Assembly: GCA_023515725.1 (NCBI GenBank)
Contig: JALDTO010000288.1
Location: 131,214-195,213, forward strand
Length of the DNA: 64,000 bases
Direction of reading: 5' to 3'
Source: Amoeboaphelidium protococcarum X5
Lineage: Eukaryota; Fungi; Aphelidiomycota
Each line of letters starts with the position of its first letter. The stretch's first letter is position 1. Below, in pieces: positions 44,197-56,893 of the stretch. The notes beneath the pieces were generated by a model. That model did not search any database. It saw nothing but the letters and a program-made list of their open reading frames with translations, and was not told the origin of the DNA. The position numbers were made by a program, and so were the translations under genes.

Positions 44197-44449
44197 TATA
44201 TAAATGTACAATGCAGTGCAGTGATGTGTGTAGTAAGGGTGTGTAATTCGTGATGTCGTTGAAGTGATGATCGGGTTGCGTCACTTTCAGTCGTCTCCTT
44301 GAACTTGGCGAGCACAAAGCCCCTTTGTCGCCGCGCTTAGAATTTGCGGTAATAATGAAACATTGCAAGAAGCCATAAGTAATCGTGACCCTTAAAAAAG
44401 ACATGTTAATAAATTATCTGCTAAAAATGAATATATTTAGTTTCAAAGT

Positions 44450-46321
44450 TCAAGCACAAGTTGCTGCGTGACCAAATCTACTTAGATTATACGTGTTCAG
44501 ACAGCCATCGGTAAGCAGACGCGTAAGTCTTTCATTAGCGCTTGTGTCGCCACTAGCTGCTGCTGCTTCATACCATCGCAGAGCTTCGTGAAGATTCTTA
44601 TCAACACCCAAACCTTTTTCATAGCAATTTCCTAATTAAAATTGAGCCGCTGTGTGATTCTGCTCTGCTGCTTTCCTGAACCAATACACGGCCTGTTGTG
44701 GATCAGAGTTGCATCCGACTCCGTTCAGATAGCACTGGCCTAGTTTGTTTTACGCCCTTGCATGCTCCTAACACGCAGCCTTATGATACCAATGGAATGC
44801 AACTTCATCGCTTCTCTCCACACCAAGTCCCTCGGAATAGCAAAAGCCGAGATTACATTGAGCCCATGGATTATTCTACTATGCAGATAGTAAATACCAC
44901 TTAGCAGCCAGTTTGTAATCTTTAGCAACTCCAATTCCATCTTCATAACAGTAGCCGAGAGAGTTCTGAGCAAGAGCATTGCCCTGTTCAGCGCTCAGAC
45001 TAAACCACCTAGCAGCCTCAGCAGGATTTTTCTCAACACCAATTCCATTTCTGTAACAGTAACCCAGACTGAGTTGAGCAGGGGCATGACTCTGCTCGGC
45101 CGACTTTGTATAAAATTCGACAGCTTTCTGATGATCCACAAGTACACCAATGCCGTTTTGGTAACAGTATCCCAAACTATGGTAAGCAAACGCGTTACCA
45201 TGCTCAGCCGACTTGGTATACCAATGTACAGCCTCATAGTAGTTCTAAGGGACACCAATACCATTCTGATAGCAGTAACCCAAGTTGTGTTGCGCACGAG
45301 AATGCCCTTATTGTGCAGCCTTCAGATACCATTGCGCACCGATAGCCTCATTTCTCTCAACACCGATTCCGTTTTGGTAGCAGTAGCCAAGATTGCACTC
45401 AGCCCATGGGTATCCTTGTTCCGCTGATCGTGTGTACCAGGTGACTGCCATTAAAGGATCTGGCTCAACACCAATACCATCCTCATAGCAGTAGCCAAGT
45501 GAATTTTGAGCAAAGGCATTACCTTACTCAGCACTAAGTCTGTACCACTTTACAGCCTCAGTCTCATTCTTCTCGACACCAATGCCATCTTCATAACAAT
45601 AACCTACATTGTAAATGGCCACAGATTCTCCCTACTGAGCAGCTAGTAGATAATAACGCATTGCCTCTTGCTCATCCTTCTCGACGCCGAAGCCTTCTCC
45701 ATAACAGTAACCCAGAATGCCTTGTCCACGAGGATGACCTTGAGCAGCAGACAGCTTGTACCAGTAAACAGCTTTACGATCATCCTTATCAACACCGACA
45801 CCATCGTGGTAGCACACTCCCAGTGCATACTGTGCAGAGGCGTCAGATTCTTGTTCAGCAGCGTTGATGAGCCACTCCACAGATTTTGATCCGATTGCAT
45901 TAGCACGCTGCTGCCACTCTTCAGCTTCAACGCGGTTGATCTTCACACCCGGGCGACCGTACTTTCGCAGAAATGCAAGGCGCGCACAACACAAGCCATC
46001 ACCCAACATTGATCCATCAATGTAAAGCTTTTCAGCACCCTTGAAATCCATCTGAATACCAATTCCAAATTCATAGCAGAAACCTAGTACACCAAAAGCC
46101 TCAGGAAGCTACCGTGTGACGGCTTGCGCGAAGTAATTCACAGCCTTTGTTTCATCTCTTGCCTCATTGTCTTTGCCAAATAGAAATCTCTCTCCGAGTT
46201 TTAAAAGCGCTTACGCACGCGTTTACTCTCTCGTCGACAAGTAATTTCTGCTGAGTCGATTGAACACGCTCTTGGATTATGAATATAGCGTGTTTGATAC
46301 CTTGTTACAACCTTGAACCAT
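44450..46321 (-). CDS. Sel1-like repeat protein (623 aa)
   Basis: More than 12 tandem ~36-aa repeats of AQxxLGYCYxxGIGVxxDxxxAxxWYxxSAxQG. Confidence 0.92.
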
Positions 46322-46667
46322 TGTGATTATTGTTTGATAATGCAATGATTAGATAAAAGATATTGCTCAATGTCCAACGCAATATCAAATAGATAAAAGA
46401 ATAGTTAATGCAAAATTGCTAATGTCGATAAAAAGTAAGCGAAAAGTGTGAACACCAACTAATAAATTAACTGATCTGATCACATTTAAAGGAGCTCAAA
46501 CGCGCCAATCAGTAAAGGGGCTGTCTATTTTCTGATTGGTCAGGCCCACATTTTTAATGCAGCTATAACACTTGAAATAATTGATTATGTATGTATTTTA
46601 GTATCGCATTTCATTTATTTCATTCATTGATTTCAAAATTTATTTCGAATAAATTTCCTTATCTTAC

Positions 46668-48320
46668 TCACTTACTACCAGTTTTTGGTTTGGAAGCAGC
46701 AGGTGCAGCCTTTGCCGGCTTTTGAGGCACAGCTGGAGCTTTTGCAGGAGTCGGAGCTTTTGCTGGAGTAGGAGCCTTTACGGGAACTTTTGCTGGAGTA
46801 GGAGCTTTGATAGGTGCTGGAGCAGGAGCCTTGATAGGAGCCTAGACGGGAGCTTTGACATCAGCACTTTGGCGAGGCTACTGGGAAGTGGGCGGCTACT
46901 TAATAGCATTGATACCAACGCCTTGTTGTTAAGCGCCAGCATTGGGCACAGTTTCAGGTCTTTGAACGCCGGCAGTGTCCTACTACGAATTCACTTTGGT
47001 TGCAACAGCAGCAGTTTCGGCCGGAGGACTAACACCAGAGGCTACTACAGGCACTGGCGCTGGGGTATTACCTGGTAAATCAGACTAAACTTTTGCACCA
47101 TTGGCATCAGCGGAAGGAGCAGAAGGGACAGCCTGTTGTTGCAAATTTGGAGGCAAAGTATCTTCAGCATTTGAATTCTTAGCTTGAGCTTCCTATCCAG
47201 AAGATGGCTCCGGAGTAGAAGTAGATTCAGAGGCCACGGGAGCACCAGGTTGCTGATTAGTTTGAGGACTGGTTCTTTAATTTAATTCCTACTTTAATTG
47301 CTCAGCTCTTGGCTAAATCCATTACTTAATCTCATCACTAGTCCAACCGTCAGCTTCCAGAGCAGCCGCGTCTTTAAGACCAGTAGGATTTCCTTGCGCA
47401 TCGACCTCAAATGCGTCAATCAGAGGTTTGCCGTGCAGACTCGCATCTTTGATATGATCCGAAGTTGTAGGCATCCGTTAAGAAGAATCTCCAGCTTAGA
47501 CCCTATTTCCTTCGGCATTATCACTATCAACACCAGAAGGAGTGACGCCATCTTAAGGGTTGCCAGCACCAACTTGATCAGATGGTGTAGGAGCTCCATC
47601 ACCAGCAGCTGGGGCAGGCAATTCTTCTTTAGGAGGAGCGCCAGCAGCAGCAGCACCTTCAGATTACCCAGACTCAGTAGCGCTTGGTGAGCCTTACGCG
47701 TTGGCTGTCTTCTGTCGCTCTTCACCAAGTTCTTAAGCCCTCTGCTTAAGCAATTCGATTTCTTCTGGAGTCCAACTTTTCTGCAATTCGGCATCATCTT
47801 TCAGACCGATAGGATTACCCTAATCGTCGGTTTCAAACGCATCCAACATGCGCCCTCCATGGTAAATGGAAGCTCGTATATGATTAGTCACACTGTTGGG
47901 AGGGAAGTCAGGAGAAGGTGCTCTTCCGCGAGCATAGGCTTCTTGTTCAGCAACTTCTTGGGGCGACATATTCAGTGCCTCAGCAACGCGCTTTCTCCCT
48001 GCCTCTGACATCACTTGGCGATCATCAGTCAAGAAACGACTTTGCATAGTACTACGTAGATTTTGCTTATTATACTCTTGCAACAACTTTGCATTTTAAG
48101 GAGATACACCCTCATTCACCAGATCCTCTTCAGTTTTAATCAAGCCATCGGAATCGTAGTAGTTAGGCTGCATTTGAAACCCTTCAAGAGCAGATAAATC
48201 AGCAGGACCGTCATCAGAAGATTGACGCTTGAATAGGGACTATTGATGTTCGTTAGGACCGTGCAAAGGAACAGACAACACAATAGACGCGGATATTAAT
48301 AGTAGAATAGTAAATTTCAT
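46668..48320 (-). CDS. Secreted protein with a duplicated ~60-aa domain and a Pro/Ala/Lys-rich tail (550 aa)
   Basis: Signal peptide MKFTILLLISASIVLS, propeptide ending LFKR; two copies of H..DAFExDxQGNPxGLKDxAxL..WTxxEI; KAPTPA repeats. Confidence 0.8.
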
Positions 48321-48870
48321 TGTTTAGATTTAGCAGATTATTCAATAGATCTCAATAGTTTGTTACCGGGATAAAGAAGTAGATATCACTGCTCCCGCTT
48401 TTATAGTGATACGACCAAATTCCTAGCCAATAGAATAGCAAAAATCTGGTCACCAGGTGCGTGTGACCGTCCAATGTGCGACGTTTGTGTTTCCATTGAA
48501 CAATCAGAGGGAAGTATCTGATGTAAGACAAACTTTGTAGAATCTGATTCGTATTGCAACATTGCAGAAGCCAATCAACACCCTTCGAATTGGGTTACAT
48601 CATTACATGATACTACCAGAGAAATTCTTGCAAATGCACAACCATGCAGACAGGTTAATAGGTGTTACCGCAATACACTGAGTAAATAAGCATCCATATA
48701 TCATTCATTTACCATTGTATACCTCGGAGTTGTAACTCATTGATCAAACAGAACAAAACGCGTTAATTTCTATTGAAAGTTTCCAATGTAAAATCACACC
48801 ATCTCCCACATTGCGAGCAAGAGAAATAACAACATAATTGGAGTTCAAATCAAAATATAAGAATTTACAT

Positions 48871-49278
48871 TCATCGTTTAATATTCAGATTTCTCACCTT
48901 TCTAATCGCCTCAAGGGAGGGAGATTACGACTTTTTACTACTAAATAGTACTGATGATCTTGCGCTCAATACAGTAGATGCCTTTCCGGATTGATATTTT
49001 AAGACCGAAGAATAATCTTATCTATAATCTTCACCATCCGTCTTCTGCTCTGTAGTCATCTTATCATGTCTATCCTCCGCCAGACCTTCTTTTTTCAATA
49101 GCTTATGGTAAGCGCGCTTCAACTTCATCCTCTGGACCAACTCAGCCTTATCCTTTGCCTCTACACAATCCCATTGTATTTCGCGCTATATAAGTATATA
49201 TTAGCATCACAAACACTTACTTTTGTACTGATACGTGTTTCTAGGCGTAAGAAGTCTTTTATTCTATTTACCAGTCAT
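48871..49278 (-). CDS. Small basic protein, FYV7/rRNA-processing-like (115 aa; intron 49161-49220)
   Basis: After splicing: TYQYKKAKDKAELVQRMKLKRAYHKLLKKEG; C-terminus atypical. Confidence 0.45.
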
Positions 49279-49446
49279 GATTATATGGTGTAAATTACCG
49301 TTGTGCACTTTCTCTCACTTTTCGTCAAGAGGAAATCGCCAATCCTTAATCGCCTTATTTAAACAGTTTGGCGTTGGTGACGAATCCTACACGTTATAAA
49401 GCTTTGAAATATCTTGAAAATTAATATTCAAATCATTCGGCGATTG

Positions 49447-50262
49447 ATGCCCTTCTATGCCGTCAGAGTGGGCAGGAGAGCAGGCATCTTTAAGACATGG
49501 TCGGAGTGTGAAGCTCAAGTGAAAGGATTCCCCGGTGCCAAGTATAAAAAGTTTACTTCGGAATCTGATGCATTATCATTTTGTTAAACGGATAGCTTGA
49601 CGGCGGCGGCATCTTTGACTTCACAAGAAATTGCTGGTAATGAATTTGAAAAGGTATAACAAAGTGTCAAGAATATAGTTTCATAATCAGTCTCCTCAGC
49701 GACTGTTAAAAGATTGAGAGATCCCAGTCCTGATGGCATAATCAACAGTACTAAAATAGAGTCGCAGCGAAACAAGAAACATTTGAGATTGACAGACGAT
49801 GAGATGAGACGCGTAACGTAACAAGAGCAATCGGTCATAGTGTACGTTGATGGTAGTTCATTGAACAATGGCAGCATAGGATCGAGAGCTGGTGCTGGTA
49901 TTTATTACGGTCCGGGTGATGGTAGAAACATTTCGCGTTATCTTGGCACTAATGTCACTAATCAGATGGCTGAATTGATGGCTGTAAAGCTGTGCTTACA
50001 AAACGCACCTAGTGACACCAATTTACTGATAAAGACAGACTCATAATACACCATCAAAGGCGTGACTGAGTGGATGCTTAAATGGAAAGCAAATGGATTC
50101 AAGACCAAAGTAAAGAATCTGGATCTGTTCAAAGATATAGATTAACTTATCATTGGACGGACGGGATCTGTGTAATTTGAATATGTTCCAGGCCATTAAG
50201 GCTTTGAAGGAAACGAGATGGCTGATCGGCTCGCTCGCAACGCTGCCTTGAACAATTGTTGA
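49447..50262 (+). CDS. RNH1: Ribonuclease H1 (271 aa)
   Basis: Hybrid-binding domain FYAVRVGRRAGIFKTWSECEAQVKGFPGAKYKKF; catalytic VYVDGS, TNQMAEL, TDS, GH(Q)GFEGNEMADRLA. Confidence 0.93.
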
Positions 50263-50509
50263 ATGATTTTGAATGCTAGACAATCAATTTGCATATCATT
50301 TAAATGCGTTATATTTTTATATTTAGCCAGGATAAAGAAGCTACTGACGGTAGAAATTTCACTTTTAATCATCACTTTGTAACAGGCAAAGAAAAGCCCC
50401 TCTTTTCACCTACAATATTTGATCAAGTTTGTACAGACAGGCGGATCTCTTTATAAATCGGCGACGGCTCGGGAGATTTTAATTGTTTATATGCTAGCTG
50501 TATATAAGA

Positions 50510-51592
50510 ATGAATTTGAAGCTAATAAGAAATGTCGTTGGATGGCTACCTGTTGCCTTTGTTGTGTCGCTTCTCATTTGGGCATGGCAAGCTTACACTG
50601 TAAATTTATGGCCGCACTGGTGGACTCAATAGCAGGCAGGCTGGCTGATTCTATTGATTTTCCAGATTCTCTTTGTATTACTAATGTGGACATATTACCG
50701 TGTGGTTATGACTGATCCCGGCTCTCCTCTCCACTATGAGCATCTCAGATTATAGTCCTCTGATCTATAGCATCTATCCTCCAATCAAGATGCAGCGATG
50801 GATTCTACCTTAATGAATGACAATACTAATGATAATTATAAAAATATTAGTGAGGATGCTCTTATAACAGCCACAGTAAAATCAAATGGTCAACGACGGC
50901 ATTGCAGAAAGTGTCACGTATGGAAACCAGATAGATGTCACCATGACTCAATGTCTTAGAGGTGTGTACTCAAGTTTGATCACTTTTGTCCATGGATTAA
51001 TAATTGTGTTGGACACTATACCTAGAAGTACTTTGTGCTGTTCTTGTATTATGTAGTTGTGTTTAGCTTGTATACCGGCTTTACCACTCTTCCCATTGTT
51101 ATGAATATAAAGGGCGTGTTAGATATTCAAACTCTATTCCTCACAATCATTGGATGCATATTTGGTGCTGCATTGACGCTGTTCTTTGCGATGCATTTAT
51201 ATTACGTGTTTGCCAATAAAACTACTCTGGAGGCTTTTGATTATAAGAAATATCAAGTGCCTGTTAGAGTACAGTCTCTGAATAGAAGTAGACGTTCTGG
51301 GCTGGTACGAACTTCTGGTATATTGAAGTTATTCGGTCGACATTAGCAGAGAACTCGATCTCGGTCCTCTTCTATAATGAATACAGATGATAGTCAAGAT
51401 GGCTATGATATCAAGTACGTGAATATGTTCAATGTTGGATGGCGATTAAATTTCATGCAAGTTTTTGGCTCCAATCCGTATCTATGGCTCCTCCCTGTGT
51501 AAACTACTCAGGGTGATGGACTCTCTTATCCCAGCGTTACCTCCTCTTCTCCTCTCCCTTCTCCTCCTACCCATGTCAATGATTTAGTTTGA
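50510..51592 (+). CDS. DHHC-family palmitoyltransferase (Pfa3/ZDHHC2-like) with a DHFC variant motif (360 aa)
   Basis: 4 TM segments, TDPG, [61 protein letters not shown]. Confidence 0.88.
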
Positions 51593-51698
51593 GAATTTCT
51601 CTAAATTTACTGTACTTGTAATGATTTTGTTGCTTATAATGAATGACAAGGTATAGAAAAGTAAAAACTTATATGGAATCAATGTAGTAAATAAAATT

Positions 51699-53243
51699 TC
51701 ATTCTTCATTATGAATTTCAAATCGTTAAGACGACAATGATGTTTAAGAGGATCCTGACTATTTTCGCTGCATTACAATTTTAGATGCATAGACATGATC
51801 AAGGACGGACAGAGTAAACTCCAAAGACATTTTATCTGACCAGTTCACCCCAGATGGATCATTCTCCAGCCAGGCAATGTGTCCGCCAACTTTCGTAGTA
51901 ATTAGAGCCAGATTGGGATTCTTGCGGAACATTTGATACGGTATTGCATCAGCAGGTATTATGGGATCGTCCAGTGCTTGTACAGTCAAGAATGGCACTT
52001 TAATACTAGACATAAAGTTGACACCACTAGCCTCTGAATAGTATTCTCGAATAGTGTTATAACCCCAGAGTTTAGTAGTCAGGCGTTCATCATATTCTTG
52101 AAGAGTTTTACACTTCAGCACCTCCTCGATATCATACTCATTCTAGGTTGCTGTAGACATTTATTGGTTATCCAAAGCTGCAGCTGATGACAACGCATCC
52201 GAACTTTTACAAGTCTGAAATACCGATTTATGCTGTGTCAAGTATTTGGCTAAACTCTTGGCCAACACGAAATTATAAACATGCTTGTTGATTCCATCCT
52301 TCTATAACCACTCGTCGATCACCAACCAATTGAATGGATTAGCAACAGCAATAGCGGCAGTCAATTTACAATCTCCGCCCTGCTCACCAAGATATTTGGT
52401 CAATAAATTAGCTCCTAGAGAATAGGCTGTGGCAAAGAGAGGAGCCTGAGGATATTGAGAATGCACATGACCAACCACCTGCCTGATATCATCAGTGTAA
52501 TGGCAAGAAAAGTACTTGGTGGTTTTCAATTCAGATGCTCCACACCCGCGAGCATTCATAACAACAGGGCGGATCCCATTCTGGGCGAGCAGTGTGACAT
52601 AATGCCTCACATACTGAGTGTGTGAACCTCCTGTTACTCCGTGAATTATAATCATCACTGGTGAATCCTCGGCAAACCGAAACATGAACTCTCTGCTATG
52701 GCGCACGTAATAATCAAGAGCAATAACACCACCATCTTCAGTTGCCAGTAAGTGTCTTTAAAATTCAACGTCTGGCACTATGCGCAGGTACTCGTGCAAG
52801 AACGTTTACAGATGACCACTCATGTTCCAACTGGCAGGAACCAAATACTTTAGCGGGCTAATATTGCATAGCATTGTATAAAAATATGGCTTATATTTCC
52901 TATTTAACAACTAACATCGCCGGAGTATAGACTTCATTCGGACAGAGTTTCTAGTATAGTACACAGCGGGACGCTCACATTCTGCATTGTATAACAGCCA
53001 CATGGCGACGATCAGCGGCCAACATGTCAATACAACCATGAACCAAATCAGCTTTAACGCAATTTTTGTAAACGAAAACATAAGCGACATGTATTTCTGA
53101 GGTATAAATGCACTGGATACATACTACTCTCTAACAACCGTCTTGTGGTGGAACGACTTGCTCTCAGCAAACGCCAAGTCGAAAGCAAATTCCTTGAATT
53201 GTTCAAACCAGCTCTCAAGATCTTAATTAGAGGGCAATCTCAT
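51699..53243 (-). CDS. Alpha/beta hydrolase, ABHD1-3/YheT/Eht1 family (514 aa)
   Basis: HGVTGGS, NARGC, AYSLGANLLTKYLGE (Ser nucleophile), QALDDP, GGHIAW. Confidence 0.9.
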
Positions 53244-53604
53244 CCTTTGTAGTAAGAAGACAAGTATTCCGTTTGTAGATATTATGATGGGCAGTATTGG
53301 AAATAGAGGCCAAGTTAAAATATTCCAAATCGCTCTTTATAGGAAACAGCACTTTAGTTACCTGAATGTATGCTATTAACAAACTCGCCCGCCTGTTGGA
53401 GTTTGAGAATTGAACGAGACACAAACGCGCGCGTGCGGGGAAGCTCGAGACAGAATCGCGATCGCTCAAAGATGTTTCACACAGCCGTGTGGAGGAGCTG
53501 TGAACATTACAGTAGTGAGACTCCTGATTAGATGGGTGAGAAGAAGACGACTCAATTAGAAAAAGTACAGAGATAGATAAAATTTTATTGCTTGTTTAGA
53601 TTAT

Positions 53605-55239
53605 TCAATTACCGACATTGTCGTCATCGTCTTCCCATTCAGACTCTTCATCGTCGATATAGTCCGCACCCTGGACCATCCATGGCTCAAATGGATCTTC
53701 AAATTGATCAACAAACGCGTCTTCTCTATCAGCCGGATGCAACTCAGTATCATCAGCAATTGACTACCACTGCTCCCACTCAATGTCATCCAAAAGACAC
53801 GAGTCAAGAGCACTGGTCAACTATTCACGATCAATATCAATTCCGATAAATACTATTTCTTGACGTCTGTCGCCATACTTGCCTTCAAAATCAGCTCTTA
53901 AAGCATCTTGGAATTCTTGCTCCACAGGCCATTGATCTTCATCTAGCTCACAGAACCACGGCTGACCACCATTTATCGTCAGCACACAACCAGCTTGAGA
54001 CCACTCTCCCCACACAGAATATCGACTAGCCAACCAAATGAAACCTTTCGAACGCAAAACTGGGCCAAATAATGGATCCTTCTTCTTATTTTTCGCAATT
54101 TGCTAAGGTGATGAAGGATTTACTAACGAGGTTTCTTTTTCTTCCTCTTCAACTTCTTCTGGAGAGCCTTCTTAAACAACCTCACCCTTCTGACTATCAC
54201 CATCTTCCATTTCATAATCATCATCCTCCTCAGGCTCATATTATTCTTGGATTAGAAGAAACTTGTCTCCAATTAAATCCGCAAGTCTTTGCGGATGAAA
54301 TGGTTTCCTGGCAGTATAGATAAAATGACCAATGCCATACTCTTCAGATTCAGGCTTAGGCGCTAGCTTACCATTGCGCTGCAACTGCATCTCACTCAGT
54401 GATTACAGCCACCCAGGAGAATTGCGCGCCTCTTCAAAGTCAAACAGACCGGTATTCAAAATGTTCTTCAAATCAATCTAAGAATTCAGAGTGCGAATTA
54501 TGCGGGCTTTAGGATTCAGCTTCTTGATAAAGCCTTCCATCTTGTTAAGAACATCTTTCGATACCAGGTCAGTCTTGTTCAACATGATGACATTTGCAAA
54601 CTCAATCTGTTCAACCATCAGACTCGAAACGTTACGATCATCATACTACTCGACGTCCTGGTACTTATCAGACAACAGCTCTGCAGTATCGCAATCGTTA
54701 AAGAAATTAAAAGAGTCCACCACAGTAACGCAGGTATCCAACACAGCCAACTTGCTAATACCACCGATACGCTTCAATTCGGCCAAAATTGTCGGATCAA
54801 TCTGATCTACCTGATCGCCATTCTAGCCATCGCCCGACTGAACGGCAGCCGTAATAGTTCCGTCAATGAATTCGGTGGAAAACGTTTCAGCCACCTGCAT
54901 TGGCTCAGAAATACCAGTGCTTTCAATCACAATGTAATCAAACTTGTCAGCGCCTGTAGTCAGATGGTAGATCTATTCGATCAGGTCACCGCGTAAAGTA
55001 CAGCATATGCAGCCATTTTGCATTGATACAAGGCGTTCCTTGGTTCCAATGACGTTCTCGTTCTTGATCAGCTCAGAATCAATGTTGAGGGATGCCATAT
55101 CATTGACAATCACAGCACATTTCAGGTTACTATCCTTGGAATGAAGGATATGTTGCAGCAGTGTAGTCTTACCAGCACCAAGAAATCCACTCAGCAAAGT
55201 TATCGGGATCGGACGCGTCTATTCAGTTAAGTTTACCAT
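53605..55239 (-). CDS. COG0523/CobW (ZNG1-type) zinc metallochaperone GTPase (544 aa)
   Basis: [36 protein letters not shown]-terminal [20 protein letters not shown]. Confidence 0.93.
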
Positions 55240-55806
55240 TTTTATAGTCTATCACGTAATATTCCTAACAAGTTTCTTAAAGGAGTGAAATGCTCACATA
55301 GTATTGTTGATCCTCTATACCTGAAAATGACGTGATTTCTACAGTAAATGACGAGTGATCTTGGATCTGTACCCCTGCTCTTCAACGATGATGATCTAGA
55401 GTATCAGCAAACGAGTTAATACGAGATTAGTCGGACTGAAATTCGCCCCAGGTGATAGTATTTACTCCTTACTGTCACCTTGTTATTGCGATCTATATGA
55501 TTACTTCTAGTGGAGGAGGTGGATGAATTCGATTCGCAGCTTCACTAGTGAACGAACAACCGGACGAAAAAAGATATATTCTAAGTACTAAGAAATTTTC
55601 TCAAGTCTTGGTGGGTGAGTTACGCGTAAATTTCTCAAGAGTAAGTCAATAGTGCTGAACTTCAACCTTCAAAGTATATTCGAATGGTTTAAATTCCCCG
55701 TTGATGCCGCAATTGATTTCTGTAAGATGCGAGCCGGTAATGGAAAATATATCCCAATTTAAAACCACCAACACTTTCCACCTTGAATAAATAACTCATA
55801 TTAAAT

Positions 55807-56022
55807 TCAGTATTTCACTTGTTACCTATACATGGAGCCAGTAATTTTTTCATCTCTCTCTTCCATCACGTAGTCAAAGTAGTCCATTGCTCGTCTACGA
55901 GGCAGTCCTTGTGTCTCAAAGGATCGGTAATACCAATCCAGCATACTTCCAGTGGCAACACAAAGACCAGTGATTCCAGCAATAGGTAAAAGAGAACTCC
56001 ACGGGACTTGATATCTCGGCAT
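55807..56022 (-). CDS. NDUFA1: NADH dehydrogenase subunit NDUFA1 (MWFE)-like (71 aa)
   Basis: VPWSSLLPIAGI (TM)...RRRAMDYFDYVMEERDEKITG. Confidence 0.8.
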
Positions 56023-56893
56023 ATTAATATTTTGTCTGCTGTGTAAGTAATAGGAGAGATTGGGGTTGGATGAACACTTTCTTATTATCAACTTGCAGAG
56101 TTCTACGGAATCCGAGAGCCGCAAAAGCGCGTCGCTATTTAAAAAGCAGAAACGAATATTTGTTTCTTACAACTGTTTTTGTTTTTAATGTTCGAGAGCC
56201 GCAATCAGTGCCTCACATTAATACATAACGTTTTTGCACTTGTAATACGCGAATGCGACTTAACAAATTGATTAATTTTTGTGATTACTTTCTTATTTAT
56301 ATCATGCTGCAAAATCAAATGTATTAGTCATGCACCGTGTGTGTGTTGCTTTACTTTAATGTGCAACTTGCGCAACTGCAGCAGTATTGGTGTAAATATC
56401 TCAAGATTTTTAATATAGCAGTATTTGCTCCGCTTCTCTAGTAAAGAAATATATGCACCAAACCTCAAGCAAAAATTTGCAAACTGTTTGTGAGTAGTGG
56501 TTGCTCGATCTTTGTCACAACTGATTGCTTGATGCGTTAATCTCGAAACTGGCGCTTGCAATTTAACAGTAAGTAAGCGATTATTTGTGATAAATTGTTT
56601 TGATACTGAATGATACTTTATTATCTCTTACACACTATTCACTAAACTACTTTTTAACAACGTACAATCTTATTTGCGAGATAAGCATACAGGTATAAGC
56701 AATGCAGCATTGGGACGCCGTAGTGTTGTCATTACTTGCTGCGCCACCCCCCTTACGCCACTCTAAGATCTTACGCAATCATATTATTAATAACAGCTCT
56801 CATAGTTCAGATAACTAAAACGCGACAAATATACGCAATCTCTTTAGTTGATATCTATATCCTAGTGTCTTTTGAATAGAATCAGTATCAAGC

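Noticed and set aside
46505-46540. Inverted CCAATCAG/CTGATTGG pair, and other CCAAT clusters near 16065, 48427 and 61535
   Set aside because: Plausible ordinary CCAAT boxes, but too short to support as specific features without TSS data.
49447-50262. RNase H as part of a retroelement
   Set aside because: It has the N-terminal hybrid-binding domain of cellular RNase H1 and no adjacent RT or integrase.
56304-56860. Third gene or upstream exons of the alpha-kinase inside the transposon
   Set aside because: Short frames and a GTAAGT donor-like site (~56569) exist, but I could not build a consistent spliced model or recognise a domain.
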